In this document: piece after piece, positions 1 to 12,835 of the stretch
Numbering within the stretch: position 1 is the stretch's first letter
How the letters are laid out: each line of letters starts with the position of its first letter
Assembly (NCBI GenBank): GCA_040954595.2
Contig: CM082581.2
Location: 4,208,699 to 4,272,698 of the forward strand
Source: Balanoglossus misakiensis
Taxonomy: Eukaryota > Animalia > Hemichordata
Length of the DNA: 64,000 bases
Direction: 5' to 3'
Made by a program: the position numbers and the translations under genes
The notes under the pieces: generated by a model
Seen by the model: only the letters and a program-made list of their open reading frames with translations
Told to the model about the DNA's origin: nothing
Database searches by the model: none

Positions 1-772
1 ATTTGTGTAAAGAATTTCAGTGATGATACTGTCATGATACTGCGAAGTAAAGCTAGTATGTCGAAAATGTGGCACATGTTATTAATTTATCAATTTAATC
101 ATTTTGGCTAATCCATATAGGCAGTATGTTGTCTACAGTTAGTTTTTGCAATGGGTAGCTTCACTGAAGTACTTTGACCACGGAATAAACACCCCCGCCT
201 CACCATTCTAAAAAGCTACACTGAAGTAAAGGTTTTCACAATTTGAAATTGGTAGAAATATACAATATACTCAATCTTAAAAGGCACAACTTTCAAACCC
301 TTGTTCACGCAATAGTAGGTGCTCCTCCTAGTCGTACATTAGGCTAGTTGCGATGTCTAACTTACAGTACATTAGTTACACACACGAATCGCAACAGTTT
401 ACCACATTTGGCTAATCCTATAAACAGATCGCAATTTGTGTTAGGTATTTACAGATAAACACAAATGATCGTCTGGTCAGCTAGCTACCTATGAGTACTG
501 TGCTTACAGTGAACTAGTAAGTATCGATGACAACCATGAGTTATTGTGATGGTAATACATGTAAATGGATTTCATAATTAGAGAAACTCGCTTTTACTTA
601 TGTTACGATTTTCCCATCTGTAAATTTCTCGAAATTTTCGGCTGTTATGAAAAGAATCATTTCGCTCACATGAGACTTGCAATCCATTATAGAAGACACA
701 GGCATATCGGACTGTGGAATTACAAAATACATGGCAAAATGACTCCATGTTTTGAGACTATTAGCTGTCGCC

Positions 773-3700
773 TTATTTGTCGTACAATTTGTACACTCTG
801 ATTTGATTGACAGGTGCAATCCAGCCCTGGGTGACAGCAATTCTGCGGCCATCTTGGCTGACAGCAATATGATTTGGATCACACATGTCATCTTCAAACA
901 GGATGCGATCAAACTCACCATCAGCTTTCAACTTCACGATCCTATCATTTCCCCAATCACAAATGAAGATATTGTCTCGTTCATCTACATCGATGCCACA
1001 CGGACGATGAATCTGACCGTCACCGCTACCCTTCGAGCAATAAGAGGTGAGAAATTTCATGCCCGCATCAAAGACCTGGATGCGATGGTTGTTTTCGTCT
1101 GAAACTAACAGCTGATTTTTGCTGTTTGTGACTACAGCGTGGGGTCTGTTGAATTGCATTCGTTTATTTCCCTGCTTCCCAATCTCACCAACAAGCTTGC
1201 CATCCTTGTTATATTTCATCAAACGATGGCCACTGTAGTCAGTGATCCAAAAGAATCCAGCCATGAAAGCAATACTGCCAACACTAGTACCTTCTGGCAA
1301 GTTAATAATCTGAATGATCTTTCTGGTCTTGTCACAGACAATGACCTGCATGTTGCCAGAATCAGTTATCATATAGTGCTCGTTGGGGGACAGAGCTACG
1401 TTCCATGGCTGAAATGGTTTTGGAAACCGACCTTCAAATTCGATTATATTATCACATTGGTAGGATTTGTTGAGGATCTGTACGCGGTGATTTTGCTGGT
1501 CGCATACCACAAGCTGGTCATTATGCCATGTCAGACCTCTGGGAGCTTGAAATACTCCAGGCTCTTTACCATATGTCTTATTGCCAATCAACTGCACTGT
1601 CCAGTGAAACTCAGCTGCTGTAAAATAAAATGAAAGCACACATCGGAAATACTAAGCGTCTGCAACAGTTATTGGCATATACGTTAAATATCTTCTTCAG
1701 TAAAGAAGGCTTGCAAAATGTTTTTGCAAGGGCTACAGAATTAGATTGGGTTTGTTCTGAACGCATGCTCATTGAATCAAGATATCCACACATGCAGATG
1801 AAATGTTGTTACTATAGCACACAACAGACGTTCAATGATCGATCAACTAACCATGTTTTTTGTCCGGACCAGTTTGCTGTTGCTCGACATCTGATGCGCA
1901 TGGAGTTGGAAATGAAAGAGAATAGCCCTCTATCGGCCATTCTTTTCCCGACTGTCCACCCGGTTGTTTCTTGATTTGACTGCCAGCTACTGATGAAGCC
2001 GAACCAGTTTGTAGAACTGTAGATGGAATAGACTAGCCCACTAGTCGCTTGGTGATTTTTAAATCTCAATACTTTTTGTGTTTTCGGTGGTTTTTTGTCT
2101 TAATAAATAATTTCAATACTTTTTGCGAGCATGCTTGCCTTTAGCGTGTTTTTGGTAGTGAGGCGAGTTTCGAATTTGCGACTGAGCTTGTGGTTTCGGG
2201 TAGCGACACGTTCCCTACACAGCCCATAGACTTGGAGCAAGTCTAAGTCAGCCACTGCAACTTTCGTACAATAGACAGTGCAGAGGGGAAAGCATAACGA
2301 TGCTGTCGCAAGTAGCAAAATGTAAACTTTTTAAAATAGAAATGTGGTCCTTAAGAATGCATAAATGTGGGTTTTATTTTGATCTCTTTAGCTTTTAAGG
2401 CACACCCTTCCAGCTTTCCCCTTTTGAGCACAGGTCGTACCATATTTGAGAGAAGCGCTCTCAACTACTACGGTGCGACCTGTGCTTTTGAGAGGCCCCC
2501 TCAAGTTACGCATCCGACTGCCCCGGCCGTAAATACATGTAATGACTACTTTCTAATTTTTCGAAGCACTGGCGTCGCTAATTTACACAGAGAAGGGGTG
2601 AGCGACTGATGACAGTCTACCTGTACATGTAAAACTGGATTTCGACCCAGTAACCTCGGAGAGAACCCCCGGGTGATCCCGTCCTTTGAATCTGAATTTA
2701 AATGCGAATCTGAAAAATCTATATCCGCGAATTTCTACTTCCGCTCAGTTTTACTGAAAACAAGGCATAGTATGTAGATTCCTGATTAAACCCGTTTCCA
2801 TGGTCACTTGATAAGCCATTTTGGTCACTTTCAGGACGTTTTTGCTTAGGGGTGAGTAGTTCACTTTCAGTTTCATTATTGGCGAACGGTTACACGAGAG
2901 TGATGTGGGTTTTGTGTTCATTGTCTGTGTCAAGTGTCAAACGATAATTTTTGTGTATGTATGACTCAGACATTGATGACAAGACATGACGATGATGAAC
3001 TGGTTCTCAATATGGGCCGACACGTTCCCTACACATCCCATAGACTTGGAGCAAGTCTATAGATGGAATTAAAAAAATCGTTCGTCGGCACACAAGAATG
3101 AAAAGAAAACTTAATGTTGAAAGGTTGCTCTTGCTTCATTCGCAGGGCACAGTTGGTAGCAAACACTTATAATGTGTACGTGTGAAACATGAAAAATAAA
3201 AAAATAAGATTAGTAAGATTTTTTTAAAGATTGGCTCACCTGGCATTTTTGTTTCAACGGCATTTCTTACTGCCTTGTCACGATAACGTAGAATTTTGTC
3301 TGCGACAAAATCTTTCAACTCGAAGCTCTTACCAACGAGAGTTTCTTTATCGATCATTTCTATCATGTCCCTTCCGGTCACACGATTTTCTCGAAACTTG
3401 GAAATGCCACTGTCGTCGATGTCTAGTTCTTTCAACCATTCACAGATTTCCTCGACTCTAAGATTTCGGAATTCTGCGGAAATCGAAGAAATGATCAAGA
3501 AATACATATAGGGTCTACATAATTGCATTTACTTTTATATTGTTGTCACACATGCTGTGCTGTTCAAACGACACCCCTTTAGGGACTGGTCAATATTTAC
3601 ACATATACATGTATACATATACATATACATATACATTTGTACATATACATGTACATATATATGGCTGGGGGTCACTCAGTTTTTGAAAGTTGACATGGGG

Positions 3701-4137
3701 GAGGTCACCCCCTTTCCGTTTTCAATGAGAGGGTGGTCAGTCACCTTTTGATATCCACAAAATAGAATCCACTGCACCCCTAGGCCGGAGAAACCGACCA
3801 GTCCCTTAAGCGTGTCATTTTAGTAGAAAATGTCATTACCCTCAGTGGTGGAGGAACCTCCTTTACACATCTCTTTTTTCAGTTTCTCGGCGGTGGTGAC
3901 GTTGCCACGTCTTGTCAGAGCATCTACCAATTTCCTGATTGTCGCTTCACTGGCAGACCTCTTGTACCACTCGTACAACAGTTTGTATTTACATTCCCGA
4001 CGACCTACGCCAAGATAACTCTTCTCGATATCGTCAATATTGCCTTCGGAAACTCCCAGGGAACGCACTACGAATCGGATGTCGTCCAAGCTGACGTCAT
4101 CAATAACAAATTGAATGGCTTCTTCTATGGCTGCCAT
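773..4137 (-). CDS. Death domain - SAM - NHL-repeat protein (~513 aa, 4 coding exons: 3840-4137, 3240-3473, 1852-2016, 773-1617)
   Basis: GT/AG boundaries read directly; all three introns are phase 1; 1542 nt open to the stop at 773. Exon 1 is death-fold-like (VRSLGVSEGNIDDIE...YKLLYEW...ATIRKLVDAL). Exon 2 is SAM-like (VEEICEWLKEL...FRENRVTGRDM). The last exon has about six NHL repeats (FNRPHAV...VSDENNHRIQVFD, PCGIDVD...CDWGNDRI). Confidence 0.85.
2861..2876. promoter_or_regulatory. IRF-element-like motif in intron 2 of the DD-SAM-NHL gene
   Basis: TCACTTTCAGTTTCAT, i.e. tandem GAAA half-sites (GAAACTGAAAGTGA on the minus strand). Motif match only. Confidence 0.3.
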
Positions 4138-5036
4138 TTTGCTGGTCGGTCTGTGGAGTTATTGTACCAGAGAACTAGCTGTAGTATACGTATGACATAT
4201 CAGTAAATGAAGAGTTTCACTAAAATATGGGATGCGGTGGGGTGGGGTTGGTGGATGGGTGGACGAATGGAGGGATGGATGCATGCATGCATGCATAGTA
4301 TAAATGTATCTGTCTACAGCCAAACCACAGACCATTTCCAGATTATTAATATTGCATAGAAAGTGTGAGGTGTATGGTTTATTATGGTGCATGTAACACG
4401 CGCATACTACAGAAGCGGGTGTTTGTGTGACCAAATAAAATGTCCATCAGGCCCCAAAATATCAGTGACGTTCTGACGGTGACAAACGAAAAAGCTCATC
4501 CACCCATCCGTCCACCCCCATCACACACATACCACAGCAAATATGTGCTAGCCATACAGAATGTCCATGCATTTGAACTGGTAGTGTGCACGTTTTCTAT
4601 ATTTAAACTTCAAACTATTTTGTAATACTTCACATACATGTAGCAAATGGAAAATGACAAAACTGAACATGCTAACGGTCTTCCTTTTTGTCAACAGACC
4701 TGTTGATCAGAAGTTAATACATGTACAAATAAACAAAATGGCGCCAGTAGGATGTGGCATACCTTCAGCGTTCAGTTCGTCCTTCTGCATAAAGCTTGAT
4801 ATCGACCGACACCGTTGCCTTTGTACATATAGACGTGGTCAGTTCAGATCATTTGAAAACATTACAGCCATCGCCGAAAATAAAATGGAGGTTCATGGAG
4901 GTCGAACTTTGCATGCGTTTAGTATACAGTCATGTGACACAAGCAATATGTCAAGTAATCGTTGAGTCATAAACTACGATGTTATCACTGTTATTCAGAA
5001 ATAAAGTGTAAAGGTCAGCTGCGGTCGACGTCCTGG

Positions 5037-5050
5037 AGTTTCAGTTTCGC
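5037..5050. promoter_or_regulatory. ISRE/IRF-binding consensus upstream of the DD-SAM-NHL gene
   Basis: AGTTTCAGTTTCGC matches the AGTTTCNNTTTCNC ISRE consensus, about 900 bp upstream of ATG 4137. A YY1-like AAAATGGCG lies at 4735-4743. Confidence 0.5.
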
Positions 5051-5599
5051 TCTGTTTTGTTGCACTCGTGCACCCTTTCTACTGGTAAACGCTTCCTACA
5101 AATACAATTTCAAAGTGTGGAAGTCACTTAGTACATCCATGCTGTGCCCAAACACACATTTCCGACTTCATCACTTTAGCCACAGATGCCTGCGAATGAT
5201 AAGGAACGGCCTACTGGTATGTAGTGTGTAGCATAGAGGCCTTTCGATATCACTATTTGTAGGCACGTACTTTCCACTTGGCCACTAACATCAAGCATAT
5301 AATGCCCCCCCCCCCTTCCAATAGCGAGTTTGATACATGTACATGCACATTATATGCACAGGTACTCTAGCGGACGTATATTTATATAAAGGAAAACCTG
5401 TAATTTCACAAACCATGTTGTCGCAGTTTATCGAACATCATCAGTTCTAATTATTAGTTCTATCATAAGAAAACTAATGACCAGATACGGGTATCACACT
5501 TGACTTTGCCACAATTTAGCATCTTTTCTCTCTTGATAAATAATAAAACGCTTTGTGTATTTTATCGAATAAGTGTTGAACATCTCCAGGTTTCTCCCG

Positions 5600-6170
5600 T
5601 CATTGCAACACTGGGTATCCACTCGTCCAACTTGCACAGTGACGTTGTTGTCGTATCCCCATGCAATCTGCTGAGTCGGACCAACCAATACCAATGTGAG
5701 GGTAGTTCGGATCACTGCCAGGCTGTTGAAAATTGAATTTTGCGAAACTTACTAAGAATATACTGAAAAGTATAGTTGCATAAATTAATGCAACCACATT
5801 ATGTCTCGTCAATCATACAGAGTCTGTCAATTCTCAGATAGAGTTATGGCAGAAGTACTGACCTTATATGACCAATGACTGTTGGTAACACTGCTTTTCA
5901 TGACGCCAATGTCATATGTCCACGTTTCCGTATATTATTTATATAACAAATGCCTGATATACATGTAAGTTTCGTCTACGAAATTTTGATGGGGCGGGAT
6001 GAAACAGTGACGTGTATGACATGTGATACTTCTGCAAACTTGTGGTGACTAACGTTCCTGTTATAATATAGTCGGGGACAAAACATCCCCAACTCGTGTG
6101 AGAATATGATCCCAGGTCCTCGGGAGTACGAGATGCTATCACTGTCCCTATTGTCAGATCTGCATCAATC
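5600..6170 (-). pseudogene. Possible two-exon relic of a Cys/Trp-rich protein (exon-like ~6053-6170 and ~5600-5720)
   Basis: Acceptors ttttttcag (~6171) and ttttcaacag (~5721). Peptides IDADLTIGTV...SWGCFVPDY and PGSDPNYPHIGIGWSDSADC...HCASW. The paralogous copy at 31.7-31.9 kb has a stop. No family recognised. Confidence 0.25.
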
Positions 6171-6966
6171 TGAAAAAAATCTATAGAGATTGGCATTGTC
6201 TTTGCCTTGACTTAATTTGGGCTTTCCGCGTACTCTTGCTGTGAGAGACATACGACAGAAACGGAACGCGAACAGCAAAGACCAGATAAAGGTAAAGACG
6301 CCGACTATCTCAACAGCTGATTTTCATCGGATTGAGTACCCAGTAAATCAAAGCGACGCATGCAGACAAAGTAGGGACCGTTTTACTATGTAGTATCGTA
6401 TGTTTACTTTTCAACTTGAATGCGGCAACATTAAAAGTGCAGTTAAGTCTTTTGCATTAAACCGTGGCGACCACCGAACTGTACTGGACACCTGTTGGAT
6501 TTTAGACCTAAGTTTTCACTTAGACAACACTTGCATTGTGCACATGTATACAAGAAACTGGGATTACTGTCGGAAAAGCCTACTAAAACTGCGTACCCTT
6601 TTGAAGTCCGGCCTATAAATGTTACATTCACGAGATATATCACAGTTCCAAGCAGCGAACCGTGGATGCTCTCATAGAAAAGCTACGCGGGCGTGTCGTC
6701 CTCATCCACTGGACCGGGTCTATTTTTAAAGCCAGACTATGCGGGTCTCGAATCTGGGTCGCCTTTTGAAGTGCTTTCTTTTGTCAACATGGAATCGTAT
6801 CGTGCAAGAGCACACAATAATCGGCGAAAACAGATTTCAGAAGCGGGTCAGGAGACGTATTCAGACAAATTCCTGAATTTTCCTTCGAAAGCGGGAAAAA
6901 GTTTCAGCCCGAGACACCCAGCTATCAAATAGCGCTGCAACAATTGACGATTGTACTTTTTACCCA
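6062..6966 (+). repeat. Segmental duplicate, copy A (6062-6470 and 6695-6966), homologous to 31742-32112 and 32777-33056
   Basis: Shared strings include gtcggggacaaaacatccccaactcgtg, ggtaaagacgccgactatctcaacagctgattttcatcggattgagtacccagtaaatcaaagcg and ccactggaccgggtctatttttaaagccagact. Confidence 0.9.
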
Positions 6967-7135
6967 TTCTTATGTTTATCAGCCATGGAAAAGATATACT
7001 GTTAAAAATCCACATTTTCAAATGCACTGTCCGATTATTATTTTGTCACTTCATGACAATTTTCTCCATTTTTAGAACCAAAAGATCCTTTCACTTTATT
7101 TTATTATTAGTTCATTACTTCTATTTAAGTATATG

Positions 7136-8980
7136 TTTTTTTTTTTTTTTTATTAATTTTTATAGGAAACAAATGACACAACAGAAACAACACAAAAACA
7201 CAAAACAACAAGCGAGGTCAATAAAGATTAACGCTTACAAAGATAGAAAAAGTAAGATTTGTTACAACTCACAATGCAAAAGTACTGCCCATTTTGTTTC
7301 ATACTGATTTACAGTTTTTCTATATTTTGCAAGTTTACCTTCAACACAGCGGACTTCTCTAATTTTATCCATAAATAAACGAAAGTTCAAAGGGTGGGAA
7401 TTAAATCTGGCTGTATAGATAAAGTATTTTCCCAATAATAAAAGGTAATTAAAAAGAATAGAATCTTTTGAATTGTACAAATCTGAGCCAAGAACTACTG
7501 TTTGGCAATTCAACTGGAGTGTATGCTTCGAATTGTTTGACCAAAATAACTCAAAATCTTTCCAAAAATTGTTAGCTTTTGTACATTCCCAGAATAAGTG
7601 CTCCATTGTTTCGGTATTATTGCAATGATCGCATAGATCATTAGGGCATAGTTTTCTAATATGTAGAAACTTATTAGTCGCAATTATCCTGTGCAAAATT
7701 TTGTACTGAAAATTACGCATTTTCTCTTCTATTGTTGTATTTTTAATCCTGCTCCAAATAGTTTTCCAATCAGGGGAAATATTATACAACCTTTCAATGT
7801 AGGCTTGACTTCTGGGAGGTACAAACTTGCTTCTAACTAATTTTTCATAAATCGTTTTGACTGACCCATCACCCAGCGGGCAGTCTTGGTCATTTACAGA
7901 TGTATGTCTGGTTCCATAATTTTTTTGAAGGTTTCTGGAATAGCGTGGATGAGGCTATGATATTTGAGAAACTGACTCTTGTCAATGGTATATTTTGTTG
8001 AAAACTTGTCCCAGGAAAGGTATTTACCTTTTTCACATAGATCTGATATATACATAATACCCTTGTCATACCAATCTTTAAAAAATACAGAATAATTATC
8101 AATTAAAATGTTCTTATTATTCCAGATGGTTTCGCTTTGGCTACTATCATCTATTACAGCTCTCAAATCGTGATAATATTTCAACATATCTCTATAGTAT
8201 TGAGGTATAGTAACAGGCAAGAAATTAATGTCAAAGTTACACTGTGATAAAAGATCTAATCCTCCAATTTTCCCAAAGTAGTACATTGGGATCTTCGTCC
8301 ATTGATGATTACAGTTTTTAAACGTGCAAGCAGTGACAATTTAAAAGCTTTGTCAAGTAGTTCACAATCGACCATTCCCAGACCGCCCTTATCAAGATTA
8401 CCAATCAAAGTATTGCGTTTTATCTTATGGGGCTTTCCATTCCAAATAAAGTCAAAAAGATATTTGTTTGCATACGTTAAAACAATCATCGGAACGGAAA
8501 CGGCGCTCATCATATAAGTTAACTTTGAGGCTCCGTGATATCTTGCCAACAGAACTTTCCCTCTCAAAGTGAGGTTTCGAGAATTCCAAACATTTAAATT
8601 ATTCTTCATTTTTCGAAGCTTCTGATTGAAGTTTAAATCCTCTATGTCGTTTTTATTGTAACCTAAGTAAACCCCTAGGAGTTTGATGGGAGCGTTTGTT
8701 GGCCTGATACCACAGTCATCAAAGGACTCTGACCTGTATTTTCCAAGAAGCATCATTTCTGTTTTATCACAATTCATACTCAAACCTGAACAATATTTAA
8801 ATTTTTCAACTAGATGAATGACATTTTTAAGTGATTGTCTGTTATGTAATAAAAAAGTGGTGTCATCTGCAAACTGTGAGATGCGTTCTTCACTCCCGTC
8901 AGGGAGAAGTAAACCAGAAATATTTATATCTTTACGTACTGCAGTAGCTAACAACTCAATTGCAATAACAAAAAGTGCGG
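7136..8980 (-). mobile_element. 5'-truncated L1/Tx1-clade non-LTR retrotransposon (RT C-terminal part and zf-RVT) with poly(A) tail
   Basis: LFVIAIELLA...SQFADDTT...FKYCSGLSMNCDKTE...LGVYL...GGLGM; C-terminal CDHCNNTETMEHLFWEC zinc knuckle; frameshift near 8270; AATAAA plus an A-run on the minus strand at ~7136-7155. Confidence 0.85.
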
Positions 8981-8984
8981 TTGA

Positions 8985-9630
8985 CAAGTTGACAGTTGCT
9001 GTTTTAAATGTAGGCACATACAAATTAGCATTGCTAACAGATCGAGTGATAAAATAATACATCTCAGAAACGTAAGAAAATTCATTTAAATAATCAGGCG
9101 CCAGGCCATGTAGTATTTTGAAAGTTTGAACTGCAATAAAGTAATCAATTCTGAAATCTATGGGCAACCAATGAAGAGTTGTCAAAAGAGAATGAGAAGA
9201 AAATTTTACATCGACTCTTAAAATTACTCTACCAGCTCTTTTCTGAAGTGTATGAATTCTTTGTAGATTGGTTTTCGACGTATTGCCCCAAACAGTGCAA
9301 CAGTAGTCAATTACAGAAAGAAACATTGCATTGTAAACCAACATAAGAGTATGCCTTGGGGTCAAAGGTCGCAGTTTCCTCAGTACCCCAATCCGCATTG
9401 ACAATTTCCTACTAAAGTTATCTATTTGAGCATCCCATGTTTAAAGCATTGTCAATCTCTATTCCAAGAAGTGTGTGAGAGGAAACACAAGAAATGCAAA
9501 TATTATTGATCCTAATATTGGGAGTGACAATTTTGGGCGAGAGGCAACAATCATCCATTTTGTCTTGGTGGTGTTAGTTGACATGGCACTCTTTGAAACC
9601 CAGGTGGAAATTGGTAAAACGTCCCCTTGA
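8985..9630 (-). mobile_element. L2/CR1-group LINE ORF2 3' fragment
   Basis: IGVLRKLR...LVYNAMFLSVIDYCCTVW...LQKRAGRVIL...LHWLPIDFRIDY...FKILHGLAPDYL is the typical post-RT region of CR1/L2 elements. A degraded NTTKTKWMI motif lies upstream. Confidence 0.75.
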
Positions 9631-9709
9631 AGTTTTGTACCAACTAAGGCTCGGTTGCGATACGGGGAATCACTCGTCCGTGACGCAGACACACTCGTTC
9701 AAATACAGG

Positions 9710-10076
9710 GCAATTAGGCCTATATATGCTAATATTACTAGTAAAAGTCATACACTTTAACTCATTAATTATGTGCATACCTAATTCCAGGCTAACCAAT
9801 AGGGATAGAAGTCCCAATAGAAGTCCGGTTTTTGTTCGCCATGATCAGTTTCGTATCACAGTTTTTGGCAAAATGTTGGTGACCTTCAGATTACCATTGA
9901 CCTACTTTCGCGTATCTCAGCACATCAGAGCATTTGCAGTATTGGCATTTGGTTGAATGTGTCACCTAATAAGTCTCATGCTTAACCTATTGAATATGAA
10001 TATACTACTAGTATATCATATCGCCATGTGCCAGTCCAGCTATGGGGCCCGCCATTGCTGCTTGCGGCTATATTTT
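9710..10076 (+). mobile_element. 3' fragment of the non-autonomous DNA element family also at 15.7-19.4 kb (Helentron/HINE-like)
   Basis: Contains cattaattatgtgcatacctaattccaggctaaccaataggg and ends ggggcccgccattgctgcttgcggctatatttt, matching the ends at ~17115-17145 and ~18305-18340. Confidence 0.65.
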
Positions 10077-10369
10077 CGAGAGTATATTGTTTTCACACTC
10101 CTCTACCAATGAGACCAATGCTGGTAGTTCCATTTCTCGAAACAATTCCTTTAGAAGTTTTAAATCGTCATTTTTGATGCGTCCCTTCTCTTTCAAACTG
10201 TAAAATATTTCTGACGGAGATTCCAAATCCTGCAATTCTCGTTTTGGTATGAAGTCTTCTCGTAACAGGCCTCTGAGATGACGTTCATCAGTTCTGTTTA
10301 AACGCTTCTCAAGTTTCATGAAAAGGACCTTCAGCGGATTTAATTGTGTTACTTCGAAATGCTTTGAAT
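10068..10369 (-). CDS. Death effector domain exon (terminal exon of the chimeric gene)
   Basis: LKVLFMKLEKRLNRTDERHLRGLLREDFIPKRELQDLESPSEIFYSLKEKGRIKNDDLKLLKELFREMELPALVSLVEE follows the six-helix DED pattern. Acceptor atcattacag at 10370. Confidence 0.8.
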
Positions 10370-12741
10370 CTGTAATGATAATATTACTTTATTAATGTCA
10401 TATCATACAAAAGTAAACATAACATGCAAATTACACATTTCTCAAATCTGATCTAATAGACCATCTTGATATTCTGACTATATAGCATGTATGATCTTTT
10501 CCCACAGAGATTAAACTAAATATTATGAGATTAAGTTTTAAAATTCCATGATGTGAAATTACAGTAAAAATTATTATACATACAAGTTTCATCACTATTT
10601 CTCAGTGACCAAGTCATCCCACAGATCTGTATATATAATTACCGGAACGTTTTGCCATAGCATAGCATTATTTTTGACACTTACCTCCATTTGAAGAACT
10701 GCTACCGACTGGACTCGCTTGGTTCCTCTATACACGAGAAAAAGAGACCAGTTATATATATTTAATCAACAGCAACATGTACGGGAAAATAATTTAATAT
10801 GTTTCAATTTTCAAAACATATTAGTGCTTGAAAACTTTGAGGTACTCATTACAGTGATTCCCTTTGCAGCCAAACTGGCCAATTACCCAGCCAAGTTGTT
10901 TACTATTGAGACTTTCAGTGTTTGCCTAACACATTCAATTCCAGGTGAAATGCAAGACAATGGATCCGACACTCCATCCATGGGCAGTCAAATGTACATA
11001 TGGGCACTCATAAAGGTTAGTCATTATGGCTATAACCTAAATTGTTACATGAGGTATGGTGTGGGGGGATTAAGTATGGGCACCATACGATTATAATGCA
11101 TTCATATCATCTGGGTAACTGGCCACTTTGCTGTACTAAGCCAATGAAGGGAAAATGCACATAAGTATCTTCTTTTCAACATGATATATTGAAGCTAAAA
11201 CCTGTTTGTGTTGTGTTACAACAATGACATTTCTATGTTTCACATACTAATAATACATTCAGGTAGGTTCTTACATTTGGCATTGCGAATAAGACCTCAA
11301 CACTTGGTGATTCATCATTTTTCTGAAACAGCATACATCCATGCAGACCCATTCCACTTTGCTTGGATTTAACGAGAACATCCCAGTGGTTATCACTAAA
11401 TGGGTAGTATGTTCTCCTGTTCAGCTTAGTCTCCAGATGAAAAGCCCCCCTTTCGGGTACAGTATTTTGGACAACATCTCCATGTTTCAGCTCAATATCC
11501 GAACTGTGTGTTGTTCTTTCATCAGTGTATTGTTTATACTTATCTTCAGTTCGCAATAGATCTGATATGGATCTTTGTCCCTTGGTCTCTATCAAGTCGC
11601 ATCTTAAGAATGTCGGAAATTGCTTGTGCTGAAGAAGAAGAATATTTACAATCTGATTTCCAGACTTCTTGGAGTCTGTGACGGTAGATAGGATGTAGCA
11701 AATTCGTGGCATGACTTCTTTGATGTATCTTCCCAACGAATATCTGAAAACAATTCCAGACACTTTCAAGGAATGGAAATGGTGAAATGTAATCAAATGT
11801 TCTACCGATGCATGACGACACATTTAGAATCACAACAGAGATTACAGAAGCGATGTGTTATATTTCTTTCAGATACAAAAACATCAAATTAAAGAAAGAA
11901 TGCAATATCAACATAATCTTAGCAATTGCATTGCATTTCCAAGGTATATATTTAAGGAAAGAAACTCCAACCTACATGTACCCACTCAGTATCTGAGTAT
12001 GAAATTCCACCACATCTTGTTGTACAGTAAAAGGACAATCCTTTGTAACATCTTTCCAATCACAATTACCAGCCTCATCTTTCAGTACGCACAGTTCTGT
12101 ATCATCAGAGGAAACGCCAGGAATGTCTGGTGGCAGTGGGATGGTTAGTTTTACAGGCTTGTTGAACTTTATGCTTTCCCTCTGGCCTCGATTGATGTAT
12201 ACTATGGATGCAAAGGACACGTCGAGAGATTCTCCACCAATTGGGAAGACACTATCAACTGTGTTATAGCCACAGTCATGGACCTTCAATACAAAGTGTA
12301 AAATATTAGGCGAAATCCCATCAAGCTGCAACTGTTACAATCATAGGTATTCGGCGAGTAGCATATATACACTAGTTGCAGGTAAACCTTTGCACATAAA
12401 TGGCATTTTCATGCATGGGTCAGAAATGTTGCCATTACCCATCTCAGCCTGAGAACTGGGACTGGTCCCAGATTGCAAAAAAAGCGATCTGTAACCGGTC
12501 CCTGACACATCTGACTGCACTTTTGGCAAACTGGGAGTCCAAGTTTGCGGTACCAAATTGCGTTTTGAGGACTCGTATACCTGAAACTGCATGCTAACTA
12601 ATAATGCGTGTGTCAGTGCAAAATGACAAAGCCCATTGAATGTTGTCACTGCCCATATCTAGCTGATTTAACCCCTGTTCAGCTACAGTTGAAGTAATGC
12701 TCTAAGTGGGGTTATAAAAGGCATCATGGTCAAGGTGGTGG

Positions 12742-12835
<94 letters not shown>

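Noticed and set aside
12341-12649. ORF with a good acceptor (tttcag|GTATAC) between the ZU5b exons
   Set aside because: Exon 12854 joins 12283 directly to give a continuous ZU5, and I found no convincing in-phase donor. At most an alternative exon.
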